From NCBI GenBank assembly GCA_036785375.1, contig JAWMAR010000035.1, positions 186,001 to 250,000 on the forward strand: DNA of 64,000 nt, written 5' to 3'. Positions 24,672-37,639 of this stretch are shown piece after piece. The position numbers and the translations under genes are program-made. The notes under the pieces were generated by a model that was given only the letters and a program-made list of their open reading frames with translations, was not told the origin of the DNA and ran no database searches. Source of the stretch: Leucoraja ocellata. Taxonomy: Eukaryota. How positions within the stretch are numbered: the stretch's first letter is position 1; each line of letters opens with the position of its first letter.

Positions 24672-25416
24672 AACAATAGGCAATAGGTGCAGTAGTAGGC
24701 CATTTGGCCCTTCGAGTCAGCACCGCCATTCAATGTGATCATGGCTGATCATCCCCAATCAGTACCACGTTCCTGCCTTCTCCCCATATCCCCTGACTCC
24801 GCTATTTTTAAGAGCCCTATCTAGCTCTCTTGAAAGCATCCAGAGGACCTGCCTCCACCGCCCTCTGAGGCAGAGAATTCCACAGACTCACCACTCTCTG
24901 TGAGAAAAAGTGTTTCCTCGTCTCCGTTCTAAATGGCTTTCTCCTTATTTTTAAACTGTGGCCCCTGGTTCTGGACTCCCCCAACATCGGGAACATGTTT
25001 CCTGCCTCTAGCATGTCCAAGCCCTTAACAATCTTATATGTTTCAATGAGATGCCCTCTCATCCTACTAAACTCCAGAGTGTACAAGCCCAGCTGCTCCA
25101 TTCTCTCAGCATATGACAGTCCCGCCATCCCGGGAATTAACTTTGTAAACCTACGCTGCATTCCCTCAATAGCAAGAATGTCCTTCCTCAAATTAGGCGA
25201 CCAAAACTGCACACAATACTCCAGGTGTGGTCTCACTCTGTACAACTGCAGAAGGACCTCTTTGCTCCTATATTTGATTCCTCTTGATATAAAGGCCAAC
25301 ATGCCATTCGCTTTCTTCACTGCCTGCTGTACCTGCATGCTTACTTTCATAGACTGATGTACAAGGACCCCCAGATCCCGTTGTACTTCCCCTTTTCCCA
25401 ACTTGACGCCATGCAA
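24672..25416 (-). mobile_element. CR1 LINE 3' end, well preserved
   Basis: QRDLGVLVHQSMKVS...RPHLEYCVQFWSP...FFSQRVVSLWNSLP, followed by the CR1 3'UTR. Confidence 0.93.
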
Positions 25417-25914
25417 TAAATGCAGAAATTGTTATGAAAGGTGGCAAATATGTGCAGGATGTTCTCGTTCTAACCTCTAGCCCTTACATACTACAATCAA
25501 AGAATATCAATTTACACCATCATTGTGAAGTGAAAGGATTTCTACAAAATCGGGCAGAGATGTGTTGTGACGTTCCCACAAGCAGAATATCCAAGTGACC
25601 TTCAAGTGAGGTGGAAATACCCGAGGGCGGTCTGTGCCTACGGGTCCACATCACACAGATAATTGGTAAACCAGTGCAACCTGTCATGCCTGAAATATAC
25701 ATAGACCGGAAAAATGTAACTGTTTACGAAACCAAAATATAAATCTCACTGGTTACCATCATCTGATGACCCCAATGTTTATGCACTGATTTTTTTTACT
25801 GTAAACCAGGAATTCAAGCTGACAATGAATTTTGCAGTTCAGAATGTGCTGCCAAATTGTAGAGTGCTCCGCCTACATTCCTCAACATACGAACGCAGTG
25901 AAGCTATTCTTTCC

Positions 25915-25972
25915 GGGGAGGGGGAGAGGGAGGGGGAGGGGGAGGGGGAGGGGGAGAGGGAGAGGGAGAGGG
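25915..25972 (+). repeat. Purine-only (GGGGA/GGGAGA)n tract
   Basis: 58 nt of G and A only, with about 10 G-runs. Confidence 0.9.
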
Positions 25973-27559
25973 CCTTCTAGCATTAAAGCTTTCCATTTCT
26001 AACCCTATTTATGGTTTTGGCATGAGTCATGGCCTCAGAAGAATGACGCACCACTGAGACTCACAGATAGAATTTAAAGAAAAATGGTGGTGACAAACTG
26101 ATCTCCACGTCAACGATTAGGATGCAAAAACTGTGTGTTTTTCATTTTCAATCCAAAGCTCATTCTGTAACAGCCCTTCCCTTCTGCACACACATGACAC
26201 ACAAATGAGGCATTTCTACTGGTTTGCAATCAATGTGCATTTCCACAGGGCTGATGCATCTGAAGAGACATTTTGGGTTCAAATCGTTAGCAGAGACTTG
26301 CAAAAGTGAAACTTGAAGTGTTCGACCATATCTCACAAATATAGTGAAAATTCTATTCGCTGGAATTTCCACAGGGATTCATATAACTTCAGCAATAAAT
26401 TGTCTGGTTGCAATTCTGTAGCAATGACATACAGTTTTCCAGGATTTCTGGTTGTATTCATGAGGCTCGACACAATTTCCATTCTATATGACTTGGAATG
26501 GCACTGGCAGATGATAACAAGGGGAACGTTTCGAGTCATTTTCACTTCCTCCCTTTTAAAGATGCTGTTTGGAACCCAGTCCATTGGTACTTGGTCCTTA
26601 TCTTTCATGTGAACTTTCAACAGCAAGCCTTGCCAACCCATTCAACTGTGTAATGCATTGAAGCTAAACCTAATCCTGACCTCATCCAATGTCACAGGTA
26701 TGTTCTCCAGTAGGATTTATTGGAAAGTGAACAAAATGCTTACTTTTGCTTTCTGTGGGCCCTTCAGCTCCTCGATTTAGTGTTTCAATTCACAAGATGT
26801 CGCCTGTCATGTTTTGTTGGTTCAGGTTTTGCTGATGGTTTTCCTTTCGGGAGCCTGATCACACATGGATTATAACACAAATCAGTGTAACGCCACAAAT
26901 AGAGTGCTAACATTTGCACTCCGGTTGTGTACAGGTTTATTTTTGAACATACGTTGCAAGTTTATAAACAGAGTGTTTCAAGTAATAGGTGTGACACTCT
27001 TTTCAGACTAACAAAATTGACCTGAATTTACTCTTGGAAGTAAACCAGTATTTTATGAATCACACAAAGGCTTCAGTGCAGAATCTGCTTCATGCTACCT
27101 CCATCCCTAATCAACATATTCCTCTGCACATACACAAATCAAATTGTATAAATAGAACAGACAACAATAACTTGTTCATGGAAAAGCAGGTTATAGGTCA
27201 ATTTACATTCCAGACACTTGGGCAAAAGTTCTACCTAAAGGGAGTTTTACAAGGTTAATGGAGTCAATGAGATATTAAACAGTTTGCCCATGTTGTGTGC
27301 ATCAAACGGCAGGTAGAGATCTTGGGTGAAGTCTAATATGGGCAGTACCAGTGTATCCTAGAGTCATTCAGTTCAGGACCAGTGGGACATAATCTTTATA
27401 GATCAGGAAAACTATATAGGAATTACACCGATAGCAGTAGGTCAATTGATTTCCCTTGAAAATGTGGGGCCTCCCAACTATTTTGGGCTGTTCGTAACTC
27501 CTGTCTTTAATCCTATCTCTCTCCTATTCTCTTGTACATTTCAAGTAGCCCTTGCTTTC

Positions 27560-27750
27560 CCTCTCTCTCCCCCCCCCCCCCCCCTCCATTCCTTCCCCCT
27601 TCTACCACTTACTGTCTCCGAAGACATTTTATCTCTGTATGGCCCAATCCCCTGACATCAGTCTGAAGGGTCTCGACCCAAAATGTCACCCATTCCTTCT
27701 CTCCAGAAATGCTGCCTGTCCCACTGAGTTACTCCAGCATTTTGTGTCTA
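27560..27750 (+). repeat. Penelope 3' region and terminal repeat
   Basis: C-rich run, then atcagtctgaagggtctcgacccaaaatgtcacc...gctgcctgtcccactgagttactccagcattttgtgt. Confidence 0.75.
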
Positions 27751-28589
27751 CCTTCTCTCCTTTTCTCTCTCTTTCTTCTCCCTTATATGCTTTACCTATG
27801 TATTTTGCCCCCTCTCTACCTTCCTCCATACCTTTCCTCTACCTACCTCCCTCTTAAACCGCTTACTCCATGCCTTATTTTCCCCACTGTTTCTCTTCCT
27901 CACTCTTCCTACCTCCCCTACACCCCTGTAGCAGAATTAACTAGCAGTTAACTGTCAGCCTTTGATAGCAGACTGAACCAAGCACCCGGCCACACAAGCT
28001 CTTTAAGGACCGGTAACTGCTGTGAATTTGTGAGTGGGATGTCATCTTGTGAGGGGTTTGGAACCCTGCTGTTTGGAACCCTGGGGTTTGCTTGAGTCCT
28101 CAGCAGCTCCCGGAAATCCCCAAGGGGAGGATCACAGCAAGCCTGCTAAGAGTAATATATTATTTACTTTTGTAATCAAAAAGTAACCTGAATTTCTCCG
28201 GGGAACTCCAAAAGCCAGCCAGAACTCAACCTCTGCAGGATGGGTACCTTGGAAAATTAAACGGGAAATGGGCCACCTTGCATCAAACTAATTTGCTCTG
28301 AAATGAATAGATAATTGGTAATCCCGGCTTAAGCCAATGCCCCCTGATATCCTCTCAGATGGCATAAAACATCCAAAGGGACCATTTTGAAGAACAACAA
28401 ATTGAGTCACAGAGTTGTACAAGATAGAAACAGCCATTTTGGTCCAACATGTCCTTACCAACCATCATGCCTATCATATTTACCAATCCCATTTGTCAGC
28501 ATTAATTCCATATTCAACTATTGCTCATTCAACTGTCAGATCCCCTTTCACTCTCGCCCCTCCCACCTGCAACCTTTGCCCTCTAGTTT

Positions 28590-28962
28590 TGTTCTTAAGG
28601 GGTTGGACAGGCTAGATGCAGAAAGATTGTTCCCGATGTTGGGGGAGTCCAGAACAAGGGGTCACAGTTTAAGGATAAGGGAGGAAATCTTTTAGGACCG
28701 AGATGAGAAAAACATTTTTCACACAGAGAGCGGCGAATCTCTGGAACTCTCTGCCACAGAGGGTAGTTGAGGCCAGTTCATTGACTATATTTAAGAGGGA
28801 GTTAGATGTGGCCCTTGTGGCTAAAGGGATCAGAGGGTATGGAGAGAAGGCAGGTACAGGATACTGAGTTGGATGATCAGCCATGATCATATTGAATGGC
28901 GGTGCAGGCTCGAAGGGCCGAATGGCCTACTCTTGCACCTATTTTCTATGTTTCTATGTTTA
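28590..28962 (+). mobile_element. CR1 LINE 3' end
   Basis: KGLDRLDAERLFPMLGESRTRGHSL, then ggctcgaagggccgaatggcctact and a (ttctatgt)n tail. Confidence 0.9.
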
Positions 28963-29649
28963 GATAATCATTTCATGGCAAACAGATTCTAGTATCTATC
29001 CCATCCTTGCTTCTCATAGTTTAGACACATAGGTTTGATTTTACTTCAGAGTCACGTGAGTGACTACGTGAAAGAAACCCGCTACGACGCATGCGTGTCA
29101 TATCGCATACACGCATTGAACGAGTCAGACGTGGGAGACGACGTCTCCCTAGAGGGAAATGCAAAGAAGCAGGTAAGAGACTGCAAAATTTTTCCCACTT
29201 ACCTTGCAGGTAGGAAATACAAGAAGCTGCGGGAGCTGGAGGGGAGAACTGCGGAAACAGCGCAGCCAGCAGCCAGCAGCCGATGCGCGAATCCTCCGGA
29301 GAGGATTCCTAAAAGCTATTTTTAGCAGCAAAACAGCTGTGCCCGACGTCGCTCCCCGCACCGGCAAGATTGACTGCTGCCGGGCGGGAAGCGAAGCAAC
29401 ACGTCCCGGGGGTTTTTCCAGACCAAGGCGAGTCTATGTTGGATGCAGTCGCTAGCGGCTCCGGAGCCGATTGAAGCGGCTGCACCACCCGGAAGAGAGA
29501 GAGCCGACATCGGGGACAGCAGCCCAAGGACCTACGCTACGGGGTCCGTGGGGCTGCGGGAGGAAGGACGTTCCTCCCAAAACGGCAGGCTGAAAACCAG
29601 TACAGGTAAGAACAAACTTCCCTTACCTTTGGTTCTTTTTTCCAGACGT

Positions 29650-29885
29650 GGCTGCTGTATTCTGAAGAGCAGCAGGCAGCCAGCTAAGGACGTCAGGGCA
29701 GAGCCACAGACGTTGCTGCTGTGTTGCTGAACAGCAGGCAGCCAGCTAAGGACGTCAGGGCACAGCCACAGGTCGTTACTGCTCTGTTCTGAACAGCAGG
29801 CAGCCAGCTACTGATGTCAGTATAGAGCTGAAGTGCTGCCACACAGAGTTTGCTGCTGTTTAATGACCAGCAGCAGGCAGCAATG
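29650..29885 (+). repeat. ~62-bp tandem repeat inside DIRS
   Basis: agcaggcagccagcta at 29671, 29733 and 29795, with a diverged copy at 29872. Confidence 0.8.
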
Positions 29886-31089
29886 TATGTCGGCACCAGC
29901 ATCTCCCATAAGGGAGCGAGTGCCAGACTTCACCCTAAATGGGTAGAGGTGCCCGTGAGTACCAGGACCATGGGGAACGACCAGTGCCCGTAGGCATGGG
30001 GACCGGCTGCGGGAAATACCGCGTGCGACTAGTGCCAGAGAGCACCAAGGTCGGCAGGAGCGGTCCCATATATTAAAGCACTCGCGACGACTAGTGCCCG
30101 AGAGCATGTAAGTCGGCTGGAGCGGTGGCTGGAGGAAATTTCTCCACAGTGGCAGGCTCCGGGATTGGAGGATAGCCACAGTGGGCAAATAAATATAAGT
30201 CCCACAGCAGTTTCCCATAAGGGCTGCATGAAATGTCAGACGCCTCTGAGGAGGGTATGGAAGGTCTGACGGGGTAAAATCTGAGCAGGTGATGGAGCCA
30301 CTGTCCCCTATTGAAGGGGGGGAAAAAACAACCTGCTGAACATGATGAGCAGTACTGCCAGCAGAAACTCACTGAGAATGATCTCGAGAAGGATGGCTGT
30401 GAGTATTGAAGGACTGTGAGTCCACCCATCAACTTCAAGCTAATATTTTTGCTGAAGTGTTGGCAAGGCTTCTATACCCCGGAATATTGTGGTGCTCTTA
30501 ATGTAGCCATTGTTACAGGTGCATTTGCAGACATGTTGGGAAGGCCGTTAGGAGTTGGGAAAATCCGTAATACTCTGAAAGGTCTCATGGCGGGCATAAC
30601 AGCTTTGGCCCGCATGTTGAAAAAGGTGTACAAAATTAGTGACCACAAGGATGCCATTAGCACTAATTTTTGCAATGTGCAGTTTGAAGGGCCATTCAGC
30701 CAGCTCTAGACCCTAGTTCGCTATACTATGTAAGCAAAGGGCTATAGACCCCGTTATTTGGGGGGGGAGACCTGTCTAAACAGGTAAAGAATTGGCGAGG
30801 AGGCTTGACTTTGGGGCTGATTAAAGCATCCAAAGGTTATCTGGGGAAGACATTAACCTCATGTGCATCCTAAGAGAGGTAGTGTTTTTGTAATTATACT
30901 ACAAAGAATTGGGCAGAGGTACCCAGCAGCAGCGTCCTGTTTAGGGTTTGGCCCGGGACGACCACTGTGGAAGATGCAAAAGTAACATTAACCTTTAGGC
31001 TCTCCACAACCGCATATGAAACAAAGAAAAATAACTTGGTTACCACCAATAACCATGGAGGTAGGTGAATTTGGGGCTCCAGCATTAAT

Positions 31090-32640
31090 AGGGAGCACGG
31101 AAGTTGGAGGGACATTGCAACTTCATGTTGAAGCTTGGTGTAATATATCTATGGACAGATATATCCTTAGCAGTTTTAAGGGATATCTGATAGAGTTTCT
31201 ACACAAACAAAACCCTCCAGTACAACATAAACCGGACAGATATACATGCTGGTAATGGAATAAACCAAACCTGAACAATAGGATTTGTCTCAAACATCTT
31301 TATTAGAAATAAGAAAGATGGGGGTTGCCGTATTATTATGGATTATCAATACTTCACAATGTTGTGCAATATATTTATTTTAAAAATGGATACTTTTAGC
31401 AGTGCTAAAGACTTAGTGTTCAGCAGGCTACTGTAGGGCAAGTATTAATCTTTAAGATCCTTGCGATTCAATATCCAACAGTGGAAAAATTTTAAACCAG
31501 CGTTGGGACTGCTGCAACACCAAACTCATAGAGTAATGGTATAGTTGGATGATATCCTTATTGTGGGAATAACTTGTGAATCGGCATGTTAGGCAGTGGT
31601 TGTCACTAAACAATTGTTTGAACAGCTGGGATTCATTGTCCATCCACTTGTCAAAATTGACACCATTAACACATTTAATATGTTAATGACTTTACTAATA
31701 TGGAAAGCCACAGAGTTCAATGGGCACATATATTATAGAGGTCATTTATTTTGGCCAATGGAGCTAATGATAGAAGCTATAAAAGAATTACAATGTTGGG
31801 AACACAATGTTAAGTATTGCTCCAAACCCAATAGTTATTCACAACCCGTCTGTGCTATTACAAACAGATGCCAGTGCAATTGGTTACGGTACAACTGATA
31901 CCATCTCGAGCTATGGGGGAGATGGAATATATAAGAAGCTAACCTACATAACACTAAGGGTTAGAAATGTTAAATGCATTTCATGGGCTAAAATCTTTTT
32001 GCTCAGGAATGAAACTGCAGCATGTTAGATGGTAGATAGATAATACCTCGGTGATGGCATATATAAGTCATATGGGTGGAAAGATATCACCAGCTTGTGA
32101 TGAATTGGCAAATTAAATTTGGCAATGGTGTGTCCAAAGGAATATTTGGTTATGGGCTACGTATCTACCAGGGATACTACTTCAGTGGCAGACACCAGGT
32201 CACGAAAATTTATTGAAAGTACTGAATGGATGTTGGATAGAACGGTATTTGCTAAAATCAGTAAAGTATGTAAGGCCGGATATTAGAATCGCATCCAGGG
32301 TTAAATCACCAGTTACCGAGGTATGTATCATTGGTACCAGATCCTGAGGCAGAAGCTACAGATGCTGTTTCACTGCACTAGGGGAGGGTTTTCATTTATG
32401 TATTACCTCCTTTTCTACTTTATAAATTTGGGGTACTAAGGGACATTCAACAGGAATCGGCATCGGGGATGTCTTAGTACCTGATTGGCTTACCCAACTA
32501 TGGTTTTCCGGGGTACAGGACATGGTGCTGGAACCATGTATAACGGTAAGACGTAGTCCTAAGTTGCTGGTGCATCCAGTAACTGAGGATAGCTATCCAT
32601 GTCATAGAAAATATTGATTTAGTAGGTTGTAGACTCTAAA
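31090..32640 (+). pseudogene. DIRS pol remnant (RT, RNase H, methyltransferase-like)
   Basis: VGGTL..H...W, KKDGGCRIIMD, KMDTF, LDDILIVG, LEQLGFIVH-like, LQTDAS, DNTSVMAYISHMGG, ATYLPG/ADTRSR and PDPEAEATDA, separated by stops and frameshifts. Confidence 0.88.
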
Positions 32641-32649
32641 ACACCTCTA

Positions 32650-33570
32650 CGGGACATGGGGCTATCAAAAGAACTGTGGACATGATCACAGCAGCACGAA
32701 GAAGGTCTACACAATAACAGTATTTAGGTCATATTAAAATGGACTAATTACTGCCATAATAACTTTCTGGACCACAGAAATAAGGATGTTCCGGCGGTGC
32801 TACAGTTGCTCACCAGCCTGCAATATGGAGGACTGAGTTTCAGCACTGTGAATAGTGCCTAAAGTGCATTGTCAAGTTATTGGTGGCAAGGAACAGTAAG
32901 ACAGTCTGTGGGATCACATCCTCTGGCAGTTAAAAATTTTAGAGGATATGTTAACACCAAGCCACCAAAAAAAATAAGATACAACTATATCTGGAATGTA
33001 AGTGTGGCTTTGATCTTGCTAAGGAATTGGTCGCCGGCTACAGCATTAAATCTGGATAACTAACTAGAAATGGTAATGCTGATAGCGCTAGTCACAGCGC
33101 ATAAGCTTCAGTTATTGCTAAAAGTAAGACTGGATGGCTTCACTATTGCGGCACGAAGTTTGGGGTTTGTGATCCAGGACCGTATTATTAAACAAAATAG
33201 GCCAGGATCAGCGGGGCAGGTCATAGAATTGATGGCCTACCCGGAGGACAAACGCCTCTGTATAGTGAAGCACGTTTTTGTTATACAGTGAAAGTACAAA
33301 GGCTATCAGAGGCAAGGAATTGGCGTTTAATCAGCTATAAGAAACTGTACCATAGAGTGTAACTCAGACCATTTCGCGGTGGCTGAAATATGGGTTATGA
33401 TAGGCGGGAGTGGACAATAACATATTTAATTATCACTCCACCAGGGCTGCAGCTACATCCGCAGCAAAACGCCTTGATGTATCCATGGACCAAATCCTCA
33501 GGATTGCAGGATGGTTGTCGGAGAAAACGTTTCAGAAATGTTATAACAAACCAGTTAGCAGTATGGGAAC
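32650..33570 (+). pseudogene. DIRS tyrosine recombinase remnant
   Basis: VGSHPL, RYNYIWNV, MLIALVTAH, IKQNRPG, and HSTRAAATSAA...ILRIAGW.SEKTFQKCY, giving the catalytic HxxR, W and Y positions. Confidence 0.9.
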
Positions 33571-34484
33571 GTTTTTCGGGGAACATTTTAAAGTTCTGTA
33601 TGATAATTTATCCCTGAAGAATACAGGGTTATGATTTGAATTAATTCGATATTATTTATCATTTCCATTAAATAATTGGTATGAATGTTTTGAATATAAT
33701 TAACAATTTCTCCCTAACTACCAAGGCAGTTGTGAAGCATGGACTCGTTTTCCACGGCATGAGGTCACAGAGCTTTGAAATCTTTCACGTAGTCACTCAC
33801 GTGACTCCGAAGTAAAATAGTAAGATTAAACGAGAACTTACCAGTTTGAAGTTTGATCTTTATTTTATGAGGAGGAACGTTGAGGGAATACGTGCCCTCC
33901 GCTCCCACCCTCAAATGGTCATATCTTAAACTGGTATCTCTTTAATAATCTTACTATTTTAGGTCATTATAGTGTATCTGTGACCTCACACCGCTGCTTT
34001 GAAGAATGACACGCATGCGTCGTAGCGGGTTTCTTTCACGTATTCCCTCAACGTTCCTCCTCATAAAATAAAGATCAAACTTCAAACTGGTAAGTTCTCG
34101 TTTAATCTTACTATTTTGTCACCTTTTGGCCTCTTCCACTGCCAATCCTAGCTAATATTTATTATCACCGACATCACTACAAAAAGATCATCATATTAAA
34201 GTAAAATTAGCAGTGTTCGAATCAATGTATTGTAGGATATGCAGCAAAACAGCAAATTGCACTGAAATGGTGTTTCATTGGCTGTAAAGTATTTTGCAAT
34301 ATCATGAAAGGTATTACAAATATCCATGAGGTCCCTTCATTTTGGCATCAATCATGATTCAGGAAAAAAGGGGGGTGACAAAATTTGTAGGGTTAGCGAT
34401 GATCATATCAACCTGTATATGGGGAGTAGTTGTAGGTCACTCAGCCGCTCAAGGAGGATGTTTTTGTCACCTTAATCCCACAAT

Positions 34485-36330
34485 CCAAATCCATGTGGAC
34501 TTTAGTAAGGCATTTGACCAGGTCCCACCTGGCTGGTCCAGAAGGTTAAGGCACACGGGATCCAAGGCATGCTGGCTAATTGAATGCAAACTTGATAATT
34601 TGCTGGAAGCAGGCAAAGGGTAGTTGTGGAAGGATCGTTTGATTGGAAGCCCTCTTAAAGGGGATCTGAGATTAGTGTGCAAAATTAGAGCACATGGTAT
34701 TGGGGATAGGGTATTGACATGGATAGAGAACTGGTTGGCTGAGGAGGAGGAATTGACAGGTCCTTTTCAGAATGGCAGGCAGTGATTAGTGGGGTGCAGC
34801 AAGGCTCGGTGCTGGGACCTCAGTTGTTTACAATACATATTAACGATTTAGACGAGGGAATTGAATGTAACATCTCTAAAGCCCCTGTACCACTTTCACA
34901 ACCTAATTGGCGACCTCTGCCGAGTTTGCCCTCGACTCATACTCGCAGCATGGTCACCACGAGGTGGTAGGAGGTCTTCGTAACTCTTCCTCATGCTCGT
35001 GAGTGGTCTCCGCGTACTCGTGGCCTCAAGTAGGTTGCGGCGTTTTTTCCAGCCTGATAAAAAATGCCCACGAGTAAAAAAGGTCGGCATGGAAAAAATT
35101 GATATTTTTTTCTCGTAGGTGGGTCGTAGTAGGTTGTGATGGTAGCAGTAGGTAGTTGTAGGTCGGTAACTGGCCCGAGGAAATAAATGCAAACATGCCA
35201 TCATTTTATCTGTGATCATTTTCCACTCGTAGCTAGTCGTAGTTAGTCTTAGGTGTGGAAGACTGAGGTCGAGGGGGGTTCGTAGGAGGTCGTAGACATA
35301 GTCGTAGGAGGTCGTAGACATAGTCGTAGGAGGTCGTAGACATAGTCGTAAGAGATCTTTTACTTGGGCGAGTCAACACGACCGTGACATTTTTTTCAAC
35401 TCGTCTAGGGTCTTCTAAACTCGTGAATTAGGTCGTCCAAGTGGGACAGGCCCTTATGTTTGCGGATGACACAAAGCTGGGTGGCAGTGTGAGCTGCGAG
35501 GAGGATGCTAAGAGGCTGCAGGGTGACTTGGATAGGTTGGGCGAGTGGGCAGATGCAGTATAATGTGGATAAATGTGAGGTTATCCACTTTGATGGCAAG
35601 AACAGTAAGGCAGTTTATCTGAATGGTGTCAGATTAGGAGAAGGGGAGGTGCAACGAGACCTGGGTGTGCTTGTGCATCAGTCACTGAAAGTAAGCATGT
35701 AGGTACAGCAGGCAGTGAAGAAAGCTAATTTGAGTTTAGGAGCAAAGAGGTCCTACTGCGGTTGTAAAGGGCCCTAGTGAGACCACACCTGTAGTTTTGT
35801 GTGCAATGTTGGTCTAATTTGAGGAAGGACATTATTGTGTTGAGGGAGTGCAGCGTAGGTTCTCCAGGTTAATTCCTGGGATGGCGGGACTGACATATGA
35901 TGAAAGAATGGTTCGACTGGGCTTGTGTTAGCTGGAATTTAGAAGGGTGAGAGACGAACTTATAGAAACATATTAAATTCTTAGAGAATTGGACAGGGTA
36001 GATGCAGGAAAAATGTTCCCGATATTGGGGGAGTCCAGAACCAGGGGTCACATTTTAAGAATAAGGACTGAGATGATTTAAAACTTTTTCACCCAGACTT
36101 GTGAATCTGTGGAATTCTCTGCCACAGAACGCCGTGGTGGCCAATGCACAGGATGTGTTCAAGAGATTGTTAGATTTAGCTCTTAGGGCTAAGAGAATCA
36201 AGGAATATGGGGAGAAAGCCGGAACGGGGTACTGATTTTGGATGATCAGCCATGATTATATTGAATGGCAGTGCTAGCTCGAAGGGCCGAATGGCCTACT
36301 TCTGCACCTATTTTCTATGTTTCTATGAGG
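34485..36330 (+). mobile_element. CR1 LINE RT to 3' end (composite), interrupted by a MITE
   Basis: [29 protein letters not shown]|FADDTK split by the MITE, and the 3'UTR ending ttctatgtttctatg. Confidence 0.9.
34880..35454. mobile_element. PIF/Harbinger-type MITE
   Basis: Termini agcccctgtaccactt and aagtgggacaggccct, flanked by TAA and TAT. Removing it restores the CR1 ISKFADD. Internal 22-bp repeat x3 at 35280-35345. Confidence 0.85.
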
Positions 36331-36857
36331 GTTACTTTTTTTTTGCACGCAGTGTTTGATATCTGGAACTCATTGCAGAGGAGATGGTGATACAGTTATT
36401 ACATTTAAAAGACATTTAGTCAGGCATTTGAATAGGCAAGCATGGAAGGAGACAAGTCTAATGTGGGCAAATGCTTTCACTACCCTTTAAGGAAGGGGGC
36501 TCCTAAGGAATTACAACTCTCCAAGTCAAAATAACCTTTATGCTTGGGTATCAAATGGGGTTGTGGGAGAGATCTGTGGGAGAGAGCTTCTGCAGAAAGC
36601 TGATCCATGAATTTACTTGTACTTGGTACATTCCTGAACATACAAAAAAGATTGTGTTCCAAAGAGTGTCTGACTGCAAATAAAACAAAATTCTCACCTA
36701 TTCCGAGCTGCAATCAGTGGGATTTCCCCCAACTCGCTGCTCATGTTCAGTGTGTAAAATATCCACAGCTCTGTCTTGCATTCATCAATGTTTTCGACAG
36801 GAAAGGAAAATCCTTTCAAGAGGAATAGGTTTTAGAAGGGGGTGGGATAATCTAAGG

Positions 36858-37058
36858 CAAGGCTTCCCAACCTGGGGTAAATTCCAGGGGGTAAATTTGT
36901 TGATTATGGATTTGTACATATTTTTTCTCATTGACTGACTGGGTTTGGTTCTGGTATATCTGTTCATCATTAGTTGTTCATAAAGAAGTGAAATATCATT
37001 GTTGTGTGCTATTAAAGTTGCCAGGGGTAAATGGGACAAAAAAGGTTGGGAGACCCTG
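36858..37058. mobile_element. Short hAT-like MITE
   Basis: Imperfect TIRs caaggcttcccaacct and aggttgggagaccctg, with subterminal ggggtaaat repeats. No 8-bp TSD is visible. Confidence 0.55.
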
Positions 37059-37639
37059 AAGGGGAGTGTGGTGATGGCCTAGCTGAAATTTCACACTGCA
37101 GTACACTGGGAAATCAGTGTAAAGTCAAACTTCTTGTCAGTCCATTACTGCAGCCTGGGGCAACCTGATCTGCTGCTCGTCTGTCAGGGATAATGGACAA
37201 TCAGATTGCAGTAAGGCGACTGTAATCTAAAACCAGGTTGTGAAGAAAGGAGTGTAAACTAAAACACAACTATACCAGCAGCCAATATCAGTGTTGATAT
37301 CATATCAGAATCCATGCAAGGAGATAATCTGAATCTCTGGTTCCAATGATCAAAAGGTTTTATCAAACAGCCTTTTATGTCAGTGGCACTTTTCATTACC
37401 TCAGTATTTGCCAAGCCTCTTAACAATTAAATACCGTTTCTCCGTTGTAATGCAGGTACTATGAAGGAAAGGCTGGTCTGTGATGGATTCCAGAGTTCAA
37501 GAACTGATCCACACATTTCATTGAAACACTGCAATAGGGTCCCATCTTCTAAACAGTTTTAACACAACCCTCCCTTTCACATTGACAAAATCTTCTACAG
37601 ATTTTCTCTTCCAAGCTGACCATCCATGAGCAGCAGTCA

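Larger units (their letters stand above)
29038..34117 (+). mobile_element. DIRS1-type tyrosine-recombinase retrotransposon, full extent, coding regions decayed
   Basis: ITRs at 29065-29101 and 34006-34042. The internal complementary region 33781-33894 pairs with both the left end (29038-29075) and the right end (34037-34117). Both ends are ATTTT. RT, RNase H, methyltransferase-like and YR remnants occur in the expected order. Confidence 0.95.

Noticed and set aside
35280-35350. Regular short repeats resembling a CRISPR array
   Set aside because: Head-to-tail 22-bp units without spacers, inside a MITE in eukaryotic DNA.
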